DNA of 64,000 nt from an uncultured Gammaproteobacteria bacterium (GTDB taxonomy: Bacteria > Patescibacteriota > Patescibacteriia > CAZGFX01), in assembly GCA_964524845.1 (NCBI GenBank), contig CAZGFX010000001.1, positions 227,740 to 291,739 on the forward strand, written 5' to 3'. Positions 18,357-30,059 of the stretch are shown piece after piece. Numbering within the stretch: position 1 is the stretch's first letter; each line of letters opens with the position of its first letter. The notes below the pieces were generated by a model, which saw only the letters and a list, made by a program, of their open reading frames with translations, was not told where the DNA came from and made no database searches. Made by a program: the position numbers and the translations under genes.

Positions 18357-19151
18357 TTATTTTTTGAGCGGATTTGTTCTGTTTACAAGTTCATCATAAT
18401 CCGATACGCCGTCTCCATCTGTATCTTTTTTAAATGGATCGGTTCCGAGCATCCTCTCGTCAACATCCAAAAGACCATCGTCATCAGAATCAGAATTCGT
18501 GCTCGGCGTGCTTGTTGTAGGTGTTGTTTGTGATGAGGAATTCGGATTTGTTACTGTATTATCATTATTTGTCTGTGTATTTGAAGTATCACTAGACTGA
18601 ACATCTTCTACACCTCTTAAATAACCGCCTCCTAATGGATTATATCCGTGGACAAGCTCAGCACCATCTTCGTATCCATCATCGTCCGTGTCTTTGTTCA
18701 AAGGATCAAACCCCCAATTAATTTCGAACTTATCTGTAAGTCCGTCTCCGTCTGTGTCGGCTTTTTTATAATTCGTACTTATAAGTGTTTCTAATATATT
18801 ATATATACCATCATCATCAAAATCTTTTTTCGCTGATTCTGGAAGAATCGCATCTTTAAGTTTGCCAACACCAAAAGGATTATATCCCGCAAGTACCTCG
18901 AGTCCATCTGTATATCCATCACTATCAGTATCAACTTTAACTGGATCGGTTCCATATTCATTCTCAATTTCATCTACGAGTCCGTCTCCATCCATATCGA
19001 CAATGGAAATCTGTGTCTCCGTTTGTATTTTTACCTCATCCTCTGCATAAACACTTGTTTCAGCAAATACAAAAAAATGAAATGCGTACCCCATTCCTAC
19101 AAAAAGTGTCACAGAAACAAAAATGTTTATTATTACACGAAAAAATCTCAT
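18357..19151 (-). CDS. secreted protein with bacterial TSP3-like Ca-binding DxDxDG repeats
   Basis: Signal-like N-terminus; repeated DTDxDGxxDxxE...G(T/Y)(D/N)P. Confidence 0.8.
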   Translation of the reverse strand: MRFFRVIINIFVSVTLFVGMGYAFHFFVFAETSVYAEDEVKIQTETQISIVDMDGDGLVDEIENEYGTDPVKVDTDSDGYTDGLEVLAGYNPFGVGKLKDAILPESAKKDFDDDGIYNILETLISTNYKKADTDGDGLTDKFEINWGFDPLNKDTDDDGYEDGAELVHGYNPLGGGYLRGVEDVQSSDTSNTQTNNDNTVTNPNSSSQTTPTTSTPSTNSDSDDDGLLDVDERMLGTDPFKKDTDGDGVSDYDELVNRTNPLKK

Positions 19152-19270
19152 AGTACGTTGTTTATCACACCAATAAAGCAATATTATTCAAAAACAAGGC
19201 TCATACATTATATCATTTTTTTAAACATAGGACAATAAAAAATTTTTTTTACATATGATATACTGAATAT

Positions 19271-21430
19271 ATGAATAAGAACAAAAAAAATCCCATGTAT
19301 GTTCGTCTTTTAAGTGTGTCAAAAAAAACACGGCACATAATAATACTTGTAATAGCGGCTATTATTTGTATTTTTATTACATCAGTTAGTTTTCAAGATA
19401 CGAATGCGGCCCAAACCACAGCTAAGTATGAAGCAATAATTACTGAAACCAATCCCGTTTCTCCGTTTTCGCTTGCTCCAGGAGAAACAAAAGACATAAC
19501 AATTACATTCAAAAACACTGGCGCTACGACTTTTTACAAATCCGGAAACACTTTTACAGCTCTCAACACAGAGGGAGCTCTTTCAAAAAAAAGTGTTTTT
19601 CAACACTTGTCATGGCCTGAATACTGGAGACCCGCTCACATTTCAAAAGATATTAAATCAGGAGAGGCTTCAAAAATTACATTTACAATACAAGCTCCAA
19701 AAAACGAAGGAACATACACCGAATCGTTTCGATTAGCAACAAAAGGGACTGCGCTTATTGATAAAAGTCTTTTTTCAATCACAGTAAAAGTAGAAAAAAA
19801 GACAGTCTCAACAACAACACCAGTTACGCCGATAATAACTGGATCGGCCCATAGCGCAATTATTACAAGCATAAAACCAAGCACATCCATCACTCTTACC
19901 CCAAGTGAAGCGGCGACGCTTGAAGCATGTTTTAAAAACACAGGCACATCGACATTTAAAAAGAGCGTATCTAATTTTACCGCACTTAATACAGAGTTTG
20001 GTACGCAGAAAAAAAGTGTTTTTCAACACTCATCATGGACGGAGTATTGGCGTCCGTCTCTTATTACAGATACCGAAATTAAACCTCAACAATCGTCGTG
20101 TTTAAAATTCACCATACAAGCACCAAAAAATCTCGGCACGTATACTGAATCATTTCGTCTAGCAACTCGCAATGTCGGGTGGGTTGATAACAGTCTTTTT
20201 ACAATTAGTGTTAATGTTGTTACTCCTGAACAGAAAACAGCATCAACTCAAACAACTCCATCATCTTCACAAAATACAACGCCCTCAACGGGTTCAAGTA
20301 CTAATCCAAACGCACCAACAACACCATCAAACCCGAGTATTAAAACACCTAGTCCGAGTCAAATTGAAGGAGCGATATATATTGATAATAAAACAACAAC
20401 AGAAAATACAACCCAAACACCAACTTCAAACGAAGTTCCATCATCCTCCGCTCCACAAATTACAGAAACTCCACAAGATTACGGACTGTTAATTACTAGA
20501 CTTCCTGAACGAGCTGAAACAATAGCAAACGGACCAGCTATTAACCTTATGGAACAGTTTGGACACCGAATAAGAGTCGGACTTTTCAAAACAGATCAAT
20601 CTATTTCAGTTAAAGGAATTTCCGGAAATGTTCAGATTCGTGATATAAATGATCTAACAATACAAGAAATTCCAGCAAATCAGACGATAACACTGGAATA
20701 TGTTAATGGAAATTATAGCGTCGGAACAGCTGGATTTATACAAACCTCTCCTACACCTTTTCGACTCATCGTTCCTCTTCGTGGTGTTATGCAAATAACA
20801 AGTTATACGAATATTACTAAATGGAATGGAGCTGTTAATGACAACGAGTTTAGAGATACTATTGAATTGCGTTATTCCACAAAAGATAAGACCATATGGG
20901 CAATAAACGAACTTCCTTTGGAATATTATCTTCGAGGACTTGGCGAAACTAGTCCGGGGTCTCCATCAGAATATACGAAAGCAATTGTAATAGCGGCACG
21001 TTCTTATGCTCTTTACCATTTACTTGCGAACACGAAACACTACAATCGTAATTTTCATGTTACTGCTAACGAAGGAGATCAGGTGTATCTTGGATATAAT
21101 CTAGAAGAAAGATATACCGAGCTTACAGAAATAGTACAAGCTACTCGCGGTGTAATAGCTACATTCCAAGGAAGCCCGGCCGTAGTTCCATACTATTCGA
21201 AATCAGACGGAAAAACACGTACTTGGGATGAGGTGTGGGGAAAAACAACCAAATTTACATATGCAAACGTATCAAAAAGTATTCCATGGGACAAGGACAG
21301 AACCCTTTATGGGCACGGTGTTGGTATATCAGCATATGCAGCACGAGATATGGACAAGTACCACAGTGCGCACGCGCTTGAAATTATAAATTATTTCTTT
21401 AATGGTCTAGAGTTTAAACGCTGGTATTAA
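19271..21430 (+). CDS. SpoIID/LytB-domain protein with two NBR1-like Ig domains
   Basis: Two FKNTG...APKN.GTYTESFRLA domains; Thr/Pro linker; INELPLEYYLRG..E, KA..IAARSY, YGHGVG. Confidence 0.85.
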   Translation: MNKNKKNPMYVRLLSVSKKTRHIIILVIAAIICIFITSVSFQDTNAAQTTAKYEAIITETNPVSPFSLAPGETKDITITFKNTGATTFYKSGNTFTALNTEGALSKKSVFQHLSWPEYWRPAHISKDIKSGEASKITFTIQAPKNEGTYTESFRLATKGTALIDKSLFSITVKVEKKTVSTTTPVTPIITGSAHSAIITSIKPSTSITLTPSEAATLEACFKNTGTSTFKKSVSNFTALNTEFGTQKKSVFQHSSWTEYWRPSLITDTEIKPQQSSCLKFTIQAPKNLGTYTESFRLATRNVGWVDNSLFTISVNVVTPEQKTASTQTTPSSSQNTTPSTGSSTNPNAPTTPSNPSIKTPSPSQIEGAIYIDNKTTTENTTQTPTSNEVPSSSAPQITETPQDYGLLITRLPERAETIANGPAINLMEQFGHRIRVGLFKTDQSISVKGISGNVQIRDINDLTIQEIPANQTITLEYVNGNYSVGTAGFIQTSPTPFRLIVPLRGVMQITSYTNITKWNGAVNDNEFRDTIELRYSTKDKTIWAINELPLEYYLRGLGETSPGSPSEYTKAIVIAARSYALYHLLANTKHYNRNFHVTANEGDQVYLGYNLEERYTELTEIVQATRGVIATFQGSPAVVPYYSKSDGKTRTWDEVWGKTTKFTYANVSKSIPWDKDRTLYGHGVGISAYAARDMDKYHSAHALEIINYFFNGLEFKRWY

Positions 21431-21496
21431 ATAAATCGTATTTTCTATATAAAAAACCGAGTCGTTTTATAACAGCTCGGTTTTTAAAATTTTTTA

Positions 21497-21760
21497 TTAA
21501 TCTAGTCGCGCCCTCTCCCAAAGTTCTTTTGAAAAGTTTCGAAACTTTTTACAAAAACCGGGGTTTTTGTTTTTCGTTTTTCGATTACTTTCATATCGCG
21601 GGAGACTGAGCTTGTCCTTCGGCAACATATCAGAATTACCGACAAACACGGATCCAGGATTTTTGATCTTACCTGAAACACACATGCCGACACATAAACA
21701 CAGAAAAAACACACCGACTAAAACGAAGATGATTCCAACAAAGACTAAAAACATTGACAT
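21497..21760 (-). CDS. small membrane protein
   Basis: AGGAGGT SD, N-terminal TM, TTGACT-17-TATGAT promoter, terminator 21452-21485. Confidence 0.7.
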   Translation of the reverse strand: MSMFLVFVGIIFVLVGVFFLCLCVGMCVSGKIKNPGSVFVGNSDMLPKDKLSLPRYESNRKTKNKNPGFCKKFRNFSKELWERARLD

Positions 21761-21883
21761 AGAACACCTCCTTGTAATTATTTTTTATTTGAAAAATCTT
21801 TGTTTTTGATTTTCAATAAATCATATCATATACTGATAGATAAGTCAATATAGGTGGCAAATATTGGCTATTTCCGCCATAAA

Positions 21884-22924
21884 TCATTTAATAAACATCG
21901 CGTCTCCATATGAAAAAAAACGATATTTTTCTTTTTTCGCTTCTTCGTATGCACTAAGCACGATTTCCTTTCCTGCAAAAGCACACACAAGCATAAGAAG
22001 AGTTGATTTTGGAAGATGAAAATTAGTTATTAGACAATCAATACTTTTAAACTTATACCCAGGATATATAAATATATCTATCCATTTTTCTCCCGGAACA
22101 AACTCTTTGCGACGATCGTTATAAAACGTTTCAAGAACACGAACACTTGTAGTGCCAACAGCGATTATTCTTTTTCCTTCTTCTTTATAAGAATTTAATA
22201 GCATTGCTGTATTTGAATCTAGATATCCATACTCTTCATGCATAACATGATCTTCGACTTCTTCCGATTTTACTGGTAAAAAAGTTCCTAGTCCAACATG
22301 TAAGGTTACCTCGAGCACTTTAATACCTTTTTTTCGAATACTATCAAGTATTGATTTGGTAAAATGAAGTCCCGCTGTTGGAGCAGCTACGGAACCTCTT
22401 TGATCTTCACGAGCATATACGGTTTGATATTTTTCTTTGTCATCTATTTGATCAACTCCTTTTCGAATATATGGAGGAAGTGGTACGTGTCCGATTCTTT
22501 CAATCTCATTCCAAAAATCTTCTCCTTTTTTATTAAAATCAACATAATACGTATACCCTTTGTTTTCTTTCACTGTTGCCCGAAGATTGCTTGATTCAAA
22601 ATAAATTTCAATATCGATTTTTTTACGTACATTAGTCTTTATAAGACACTCCCAAGAGGATTCTCCAGTTGGACGCACCAAAAAAACTTCAATATGAGCC
22701 CCATTTTTTGTTTTTCCCAAAAGACGAGCTGGAATTACCATTGAATTATTAACAACCAAAACATCGTTCTCACAGAGAAGGTCTGGCAAATCCGAAAAAT
22801 GCTTATGCGCGATTTCGCCACTCGCTCGATCAAGTATCAAAAGACGCGAGGAGTCTCGCGGTGAAGCGGGCGTGTCAGCAATAAGTTCTTTTGGAAGTTT
22901 ATAATCAAATTCTGATACCTTCAT
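21884..22924 (-). CDS. queA: S-adenosylmethionine:tRNA ribosyltransferase-isomerase
   Basis: PLPPYI, YQTVYA, AAPTAGLHFT, TLHVG.GTF, TNFHLPKSTL, RFFSYGDAM. Confidence 0.97.
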   Translation of the reverse strand: MKVSEFDYKLPKELIADTPASPRDSSRLLILDRASGEIAHKHFSDLPDLLCENDVLVVNNSMVIPARLLGKTKNGAHIEVFLVRPTGESSWECLIKTNVRKKIDIEIYFESSNLRATVKENKGYTYYVDFNKKGEDFWNEIERIGHVPLPPYIRKGVDQIDDKEKYQTVYAREDQRGSVAAPTAGLHFTKSILDSIRKKGIKVLEVTLHVGLGTFLPVKSEEVEDHVMHEEYGYLDSNTAMLLNSYKEEGKRIIAVGTTSVRVLETFYNDRRKEFVPGEKWIDIFIYPGYKFKSIDCLITNFHLPKSTLLMLVCAFAGKEIVLSAYEEAKKEKYRFFSYGDAMFIK

Positions 22925-23024
22925 ATGTTTTCATCATTAAAATAATCGTGAATATTCAAATTAACATAAAAAACAATTATTTTCCTTCTCGTAATTCGTT
23001 TACACTGTGAAATAAGATTTATTA

Positions 23025-23324
23025 TCATCCTGAACAATGTCATCCTGAACAATGTCATCCTGAACTGACCTTGTCATCCTGAATTTATTTCAGGATCTAT
23101 GTATTCCTTTCAGGATCTGTGTATCTGTTTCAGGATCTACCTTGATACATTGTTTTACTATGTCATCCTGAACTCGTTTCAGGATCTATGTACCCGTTTC
23201 AGGATCTACCTTGATACATTGTATTTTAGTAAAACTTATTTCTCATATTATTAAATGTCACATGGCAGATGCTGAAAGGACGCAGATCCTGAGACGAACT
23301 CAGGAATAAAGATTCAGCATGACA
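23025..23324. repeat. nested cluster of REP-like palindromes
   Basis: Five TCATCCTGAA heads, five TTCAGGATCT tails, and an inverted copy AGATGCTGAA...TTCAGCATGACA. Confidence 0.85.
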
Positions 23325-23355
23325 ATGTATAGTATAATTCTCAATCCGTAATTCG

Positions 23356-24381
23356 TTATAATAACTTATCCTGCAAATTGCGAGGAGGCTCCGCTCCCAT
23401 GTGTTCATATCCGAGCGGAGTGACGACACGCCCACGTGGAGTTCTCATTAAAAAACCAAGTTGTATTAGATATGGTTCGTATACATCTTCGATTGTTCCT
23501 TGTTCTTCTGATGTAAGCGCCGCTATCGATGATAATCCAACAGGTCCTCCTTCAAATTTTTCAATCATAGCAGACAATATTCTTCTGTCACTTATATCGA
23601 GACCTCGCGCGTCAATGCCGAGCATCTCGAGTGTTTTTTCGGCCATTTCTTTGTTAAGAGAACCATCTCCTTTGACGGTGGCGAAATCGCGCACCCTCTT
23701 TAAAATTCGGTTTGCAATACGAGGCGTACGGCGCGCACGCTCCGCAACAAGAGAACAACAATCATCGTCAATATCTGAACGTAAGATACGCGCTGAACGT
23801 GATACGATCTGTTTAATGTCGTCGTGTTCATAATATTCGAGACGAAAAGTCGCTCCGAAACGATCACGAAGCGGAGCTGATAGAAGATTGTATTTCGTAG
23901 TAGCTCCAATCACAGTAAACCGAGGAAGATCGATACGGAGCGTGCGCGCCGCAGGGCCTTTCCCAACAACAAGGTCTAGTTTGAAATCCTCCATTGCAGG
24001 ATACAAGACTTCTTCGACAGCTGTACCAAGACGATGTATTTCATCAATAAACAAAACATCACCTTCTTCAAGGTTCGTCAGAATAGCGGCGAGATCTCCT
24101 GATTTTTCAATTGAAGGTCCAGATGTGATACGAATCGTACCTCCCATCTCCTGTGCAATAATATATGCGAGCGTTGTCTTACCAAGCCCAGGTGGACCAT
24201 ATAATAAAACGTGTTCGATCGACTCTTTGCGTTGTTTCGCCGCATCCATTAAAATTTGAAGACTCTCTTTGATATGTCCTTGTCCGATGTATTCGGTAAG
24301 CACACGAGGACGCAAATTTTGTTCAAACACAAACTCCTGATCTGTGTTTTCCGGGCTGGTTACTCTTATATCTTTTTCCAT
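23356..24381 (-). CDS. ruvB: Holliday junction branch migration helicase RuvB
   Basis: LRP...[45 protein letters not shown]. Confidence 0.97.
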   Translation of the reverse strand: MEKDIRVTSPENTDQEFVFEQNLRPRVLTEYIGQGHIKESLQILMDAAKQRKESIEHVLLYGPPGLGKTTLAYIIAQEMGGTIRITSGPSIEKSGDLAAILTNLEEGDVLFIDEIHRLGTAVEEVLYPAMEDFKLDLVVGKGPAARTLRIDLPRFTVIGATTKYNLLSAPLRDRFGATFRLEYYEHDDIKQIVSRSARILRSDIDDDCCSLVAERARRTPRIANRILKRVRDFATVKGDGSLNKEMAEKTLEMLGIDARGLDISDRRILSAMIEKFEGGPVGLSSIAALTSEEQGTIEDVYEPYLIQLGFLMRTPRGRVVTPLGYEHMGAEPPRNLQDKLL

Positions 24382-24525
24382 GCGAGTATTATACCATGTG
24401 TTGCAAATTGAGTAAGGTACCTATAATACTTTTTTAAAAAATATTGACAAAATGATAAAAAAAGAGTAGAAATTACATGAAAAAACATATATTAAAATAA
24501 ACAAAATAACAAAAGGGTGGTTTTT

Positions 24526-24816
24526 ATGGCAAAAGCAAAAACACAAATAGAAGCAAAAGCTCTGTTGTTTATAAACAACAATTCAGAAGATGTGTTGGTT
24601 TTAATAACAATCGAAGACGGAGAAAAAACAATACTCGAAGACAAAAAGTTTGGTGGTAAATATTACGTTCATATAAAAAAAGAGAAAAACAAATGTTTAT
24701 TAATACCTGAGTATTCGAATTCAGCGAGAGCATACGAAATAACAGATAATAATGCTATAGAAAAAATTAAAAACGCAACTAATTTTCGCTCAAAAATAAA
24801 AAATATATTTTCATAA
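24526..24816 (+). CDS. hypothetical protein
   Basis: ORF between a TTGACA promoter and terminator aatcccgtc..gacgggatt. Confidence 0.6.
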   Translation: MAKAKTQIEAKALLFINNNSEDVLVLITIEDGEKTILEDKKFGGKYYVHIKKEKNKCLLIPEYSNSARAYEITDNNAIEKIKNATNFRSKIKNIFS

Positions 24817-24871
24817 AAAACAAATCCCGTCTAAACAAATGACGGGATTTTTAATACGCACATATTAATTA

Positions 24872-27382
24872 TCAAGTATTTTCATCAACTGTTTCAGCAA
24901 TTGCAATAGATGCGATTGTGTCGCCATCGTCTTTGAATCTCATGAGACGCACGCCCTGTGTTGCACGACCAAGCTCCGGCACCGTACTTATATTAAGCCG
25001 AATAACCTGTCCTTTTTGAGAAACAATAATTGCATCACCAGGAACTTTGCTGTTTATCACAGTTGAAAAACGAACAACTCCAGTCTTATCCGTAACTTGC
25101 GCGGCTTTGATGCCAGATCCTCCTCGTCCTTGCGTTTTAAACTCATCGAGTGACGTCCTCTTTCCAAAACCGTTCGCCATGACAACAAGAAGATCAAGAT
25201 GTTGATCCTTTCCTCCTGGTACTACATCCATACCAACCACACAATCCTTTCCTTTTAGGTGCATACCTCGAACTCCTGATGCCGTTCTACCCATCGAGCG
25301 AACGTGTTTTTCTTCAAATCGAATCGCAATACCATGCGCGGAAACAAGTGATATGTGGTCGCTTCCGGAGCTGAGTCTAGCCCACATAAGTTCGTCATCT
25401 CCTTTTAATTTCATAGCTATAATACCGTTCCTACGAACATGCGCGAATTCAGCAAGTTCAACCCTCTTAATCAACCCTTCTTTTGTGACCATTATAATAT
25501 ATTTTTGATTCTGATCCGCTGATAATTCGAGTACGGATTGTACCTTTTCATTACTTCCGAGTTCTAGAAAATTAACAATTGCACTACCTTTCGCAGTTCT
25601 GGAACCCTCTGGAATTTCGTGCGCCTTAAGTTGAAATACGCGCCCTTTGCTAGTAAAGAACAATAGACCTGTGAGTGATTCTGTGGCAAACAACATTTGA
25701 ACACTGTCCTCATCTTTCGTTGTTACTCCCGTAACACCCTTTCCTCCTCTGTATTGAGTTTTAAACGTATCTGGTGACATGCGTTTGATATATCCTTCAT
25801 GTGTCAACATAACCATCGTTGGTTCGTTTGGAATAAGGTCTTCTTCTTTGAAAGAATCAATTTCATGATCAACAATCTTAGTCCTTCTAATATCACCGAA
25901 TTTTTCTTTTAAGGCAACGAGGTCTTCTTTTATAATATCAAGCACCCTACTCTTGTTCTTGAGGATATTTTCAAGTTCTTTAATAAGTTTGTTGCATTCT
26001 TCAAGTTCTTTTTCAATCTTAATATGTTCGAGGTTTGCCAATTGTTGAAGACGCATTTCTAGAATCGCGATAGCTTGTCGCTCAGAAAGTTTGAATTTTT
26101 TAATAAGATTTAATTTTGCTTCTTCTTTATCTTTTGATTTTTTAATTGTATCTATAATTTTATCTATATGTTCAAGCGCCATAACCAACCCATCGAGAAT
26201 ATGAGCTCTGTCTTTTGTTTTATCAAGATCAAACTGTGTGCGACGAGTTATTATATTTTGACGATGTTTAATAAACTCGTGTAAACACTCCTTGAGCGTA
26301 AGCACTCTGGGTTCAATGCCATCAACTAGTGCTAGTGTATTGACATGAAATGTTTCTTGAAGTTGGGTATGTTTGTATAATTGATTTAAAATTTTATTTG
26401 CAGGAGCATCTCTCTTAAGCTCAATAACGATACGATTACCGTCTTTATCTGATTCGTCGCGGAGATCTTTAATTCCCTCTATTTTTTTATCATGAACGAG
26501 CTCCGCTATACGCTCGATCATTGAAGATCTTACAACTTGAAAAGGAATCTCTGTTATAACGATTCTGTATTGACTTGCTTTGTACTCTTCAATCGTGGCG
26601 ACACCTCTTTGTACGATAGACCCCTTGCCTGTCGCGTATGCTTGTTTTATGTTTTCTCGTCCGAAAATAATTCCACCAGTAGGAAAATCAGGACCTTTCA
26701 CCACTTTCATGAGATCATTAACAGTCGCTTCCGGATTATCAATAAGCATAACAACACCATCGATGAGTTCTCCGAGATTGTGTGGTGGAATACTCGTGGC
26801 CATACCAACGGCAATACCAACAGTGCCATTTAACAAAAGATTAGGGAGTTTCGCCGGAAGTACGGTTGGTTCTTTTTGAGAAGCGTCATAGTTTGGGATG
26901 AAGTTTACTGTGTTTTTGTCTATATCATACATCATCTCCTCAGCTATCAGACGAAGTTTCGCCTCGGTATAACGATGAGCAGCGGGATTATCTCCATCAA
27001 CAGAACCGAAATTTCCCTGGCCGTTTACAAGTGGATATCTCATCTTGAAATCCTGAGCCATGTGCACCATAGACATATAGACCGCCGCGTCTCCGTGCGG
27101 ATGATATTTTCCAAGTACTTCACCAACAACAGCCGCCGACTTTTTAAATTTAGCGTTTGCACGAAGCCCTATCTCCCACATAGAATATAAAATTCTACGG
27201 TGAACCGGTTTCATACCATCGCGCACATCAGGCAAGGCACGAGATATAATAACAGACATCGCATACTCGAGGTACGATTTACGCATTTCAGCAACTATCG
27301 GAGCCTCTTCAATTCGTCCAATATTTTGAGCCATTTCCGGCTCATTCTGAATCTCTGGTTTGGCAATTATTTTTTTGGCCAT
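24872..27382 (-). CDS. gyrA: DNA gyrase subunit A
   Basis: [25 protein letters not shown] (catalytic Tyr), GyrA-box QYRGGKG. Confidence 0.96.
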   Translation of the reverse strand: MAKKIIAKPEIQNEPEMAQNIGRIEEAPIVAEMRKSYLEYAMSVIISRALPDVRDGMKPVHRRILYSMWEIGLRANAKFKKSAAVVGEVLGKYHPHGDAAVYMSMVHMAQDFKMRYPLVNGQGNFGSVDGDNPAAHRYTEAKLRLIAEEMMYDIDKNTVNFIPNYDASQKEPTVLPAKLPNLLLNGTVGIAVGMATSIPPHNLGELIDGVVMLIDNPEATVNDLMKVVKGPDFPTGGIIFGRENIKQAYATGKGSIVQRGVATIEEYKASQYRIVITEIPFQVVRSSMIERIAELVHDKKIEGIKDLRDESDKDGNRIVIELKRDAPANKILNQLYKHTQLQETFHVNTLALVDGIEPRVLTLKECLHEFIKHRQNIITRRTQFDLDKTKDRAHILDGLVMALEHIDKIIDTIKKSKDKEEAKLNLIKKFKLSERQAIAILEMRLQQLANLEHIKIEKELEECNKLIKELENILKNKSRVLDIIKEDLVALKEKFGDIRRTKIVDHEIDSFKEEDLIPNEPTMVMLTHEGYIKRMSPDTFKTQYRGGKGVTGVTTKDEDSVQMLFATESLTGLLFFTSKGRVFQLKAHEIPEGSRTAKGSAIVNFLELGSNEKVQSVLELSADQNQKYIIMVTKEGLIKRVELAEFAHVRRNGIIAMKLKGDDELMWARLSSGSDHISLVSAHGIAIRFEEKHVRSMGRTASGVRGMHLKGKDCVVGMDVVPGGKDQHLDLLVVMANGFGKRTSLDEFKTQGRGGSGIKAAQVTDKTGVVRFSTVINSKVPGDAIIVSQKGQVIRLNISTVPELGRATQGVRLMRFKDDGDTIASIAIAETVDENT

Positions 27383-27581
27383 ACAAAAAATTTTCTAACT
27401 TCCCTTTTATCTAGGTGCTTATTACTTTCGCATCTTATCACAAAAAAACCGCGAATACAAGGGAAAAAATCGTATTTTTCACCCTTTTTAACTTGACAAA
27501 TCCATCTTTAAATGATAGTATAACCCGATAAAACAACGATTAATTAAACAATTAAAAAACAAAAAACGAAGGGAAAAAATT

Positions 27582-28247
27582 ATGTTAAATCTTTTGGATC
27601 CTCAAATAAAAGAAGTTGGGATAATAACAGATCCGCGCTTCAGTCTATTGTCAGAACATATACTTAAAGTACCATCAAATTTTAGTCTTGATATGTGTTT
27701 ACAAAAAACACGACACATACGACACAAAAACATTAAACATAAAGGGCGTTTTCCAAAAATTCTTTTAGACGAAATGGTTCGTGATAATAATTTTGCAAAA
27801 GTTACTCACAAACCCGAACCATTAAAAAAATACAAAGTTAGAAGATTTGTAATCCGAGAAGAAGCAACGGCAAAAGATTGTATAAGTTTTTTAGAAAAGC
27901 AAAAAGCACTACTTGTTGGTATGCAAGGACTTGTTCTTTTTATAGATATTGTTAAAAAACAAAAAATATTCTCTCACAAAGATAAAAATAATACAAATTT
28001 GATAGTATCCTTTGATAAAGAAAATGCTCTTTTTAAATGGTGTGATTATGGAACGTCGTATCGATCTTTTCCATACGACGGATATCCAATGTTACCATTT
28101 GCAGAGTTTGTTACATATGACAACAATAAACCGGCAAAAGAAAAGAGTCACTGGTGGATAAGTTTCTTTCCTATTAGGAATTTAAAGAGAGAAAAGGGAG
28201 AAATGTCACTTGGTTTTAGTTTCTTGTGTTTCAATAAATTAGAATAG
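27582..28247 (+). CDS. hypothetical protein
   Basis: ORF with TTGACA promoter (27493) and terminator ~28274-28302. Confidence 0.7.
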   Translation: MLNLLDPQIKEVGIITDPRFSLLSEHILKVPSNFSLDMCLQKTRHIRHKNIKHKGRFPKILLDEMVRDNNFAKVTHKPEPLKKYKVRRFVIREEATAKDCISFLEKQKALLVGMQGLVLFIDIVKKQKIFSHKDKNNTNLIVSFDKENALFKWCDYGTSYRSFPYDGYPMLPFAEFVTYDNNKPAKEKSHWWISFFPIRNLKREKGEMSLGFSFLCFNKLE

Positions 28248-28459
28248 TATGTAAAGCTGTATGCTTGATATATAAGGCCTTTCTAAATAGAAGGGCTTTT
28301 TTTGTTTGTGAAAAACAAAAAGAAATTGGGAAGTTGATCGAAATGTATTGCGCTAATCTCAAACCCAAAGAATTGGGCCAGACACAAACAACGAGTAATT
28401 AATTATCAAACTCAAATTTTTTGAAACATCCTCATTCATCAAGTGTGGATTTTTATTTT

Positions 28460-30055
28460 CTATTTAATCTTCTTCATGCTTCTCGTGAGAAGCTCGATTT
28501 GTCGCGTAACTCCTTCAACATCCTGATAATTTTTATATTGTACAACCAACCCTTTTAGACCTTCTGGATTAAATAAGTTAACGAAACCTGCGAGGTCTTT
28601 GTTCGTATGTTCTTTTTTTATACCTTGGGTAAACACGAAAAATATATTTTCTCGTGATTTGAAAAGAGCGCTGAGCTTATCAGCTTTTACCTTCGCTTTT
28701 GATTGCGGATATACTAAATTATAAGAATCCTTATCAGCCGGGGAAAAATATGAGAAGTCATAAAATGTTTCTGTGTATTTGTCTTCTGGCTTGTTTTTAA
28801 AATTATCAGTCGCTCCTCCGATCATTACATTTGTATTTTCAAAAGAGTATGTAACTTTATATCCCGATAATGTGCCGTCGGTTTTCGTTTTAACAATACT
28901 TCCCCACTCACGCGGATATTCGAAAGATATGTTTTCCGCGGAATCAGAATATGTCACCCACAAACCAGATGGAGTAAGATCATATACAGAAAGATTATCA
29001 ATAACCTTCTCACAAGTACCAGCAAGAGGAATTAAGCATTCTGCTATAATACCATCTCCTCCTATGTTAAATATGTATATATTATAAGGAATTGTTTTCC
29101 AGACTGAATTTTTAACATTTTTCACAGTATACTTTTTCACCGATTTACTTAACCCAGTCACATCTTTGTCGATATTTATGTTTTCTTTGTTATTATCAAG
29201 CCTAGATATTAAAAATTCTTTATATAATGCATCTAAGCCAGTGGTTTCATATTTTTTTACAATCATTTGGAAAGATTCTTCTGGATTTTGTATGGCCGCA
29301 TCATGAAAAAGCCTCATCTCACCACCCAGATCAATTAAACTCCAATTCTCCGGATATTTTACAGAAAGTTCATTCTTTTCGCTATTATATTCAATGTTCT
29401 TTATTTCTTTTTTTGGAGCACCATCTCCTATAATAATGCTTCCGATAATCGTTCGGACCATATCACTAAAAGTTCCAAATGTAGATATTTCGTATATTTT
29501 GTTGTTTGCAAGAAAAATAATCGTAGTTATTTTCGGAGCAAGACCCGAATAAATGATTTCTCGTCCCTCAAAACCTGTAATAAATGTTTTTGCTGTTTCT
29601 TGTATGTTTTCTTTTGGTCGTCCGAAGTCAACATTCGCAACCAAATCATCTAGTAAATACATCTTGTCATTATCATATAATGAAATCCAGAAATCAGGCT
29701 GTGTCTCGCTGACGTTTTTAATATCGCCAAGTTTCACAATATCATAAAAATTAAGTACTGACGCAGTTTTGTTCCCAGAGAGAGCCTTTTCTGTACGAAC
29801 TATTTTATATATCGTAGGATATTGTAATTCAATATTAAAATCATTATTCTTGTACGTCAAAATATTGAGCGCGCGCTCAATAATCTTGGTCGGATCCTCA
29901 AAAGATTCTTTGAAACGATCGTCTGTCACTGATTCCTGTCCATTATCAATATTTGTGTTCTTATTTGTTCCAACAAAAGGAAGAGAGCATCCTGTTAGGA
30001 TTCCGAGTAAGAAAAAAATGCTGACGTACCGGATATATTGAAATAATTTTTTCAT
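28460..30055 (-). CDS. putative lipoprotein with repeated PsbP-like (Y.N....YP..W) modules
   Basis: Lipobox LTGC; three Y-x-N/D...YP motifs. Confidence 0.7.
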   Translation of the reverse strand: MKKLFQYIRYVSIFFLLGILTGCSLPFVGTNKNTNIDNGQESVTDDRFKESFEDPTKIIERALNILTYKNNDFNIELQYPTIYKIVRTEKALSGNKTASVLNFYDIVKLGDIKNVSETQPDFWISLYDNDKMYLLDDLVANVDFGRPKENIQETAKTFITGFEGREIIYSGLAPKITTIIFLANNKIYEISTFGTFSDMVRTIIGSIIIGDGAPKKEIKNIEYNSEKNELSVKYPENWSLIDLGGEMRLFHDAAIQNPEESFQMIVKKYETTGLDALYKEFLISRLDNNKENINIDKDVTGLSKSVKKYTVKNVKNSVWKTIPYNIYIFNIGGDGIIAECLIPLAGTCEKVIDNLSVYDLTPSGLWVTYSDSAENISFEYPREWGSIVKTKTDGTLSGYKVTYSFENTNVMIGGATDNFKNKPEDKYTETFYDFSYFSPADKDSYNLVYPQSKAKVKADKLSALFKSRENIFFVFTQGIKKEHTNKDLAGFVNLFNPEGLKGLVVQYKNYQDVEGVTRQIELLTRSMKKIK

Positions 30056-30059
30056 AATT

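Noticed and set aside
23025-23324. Degenerate CRISPR array
   Set aside because: Irregular spacing and nested half-palindromes fit REP-like elements.
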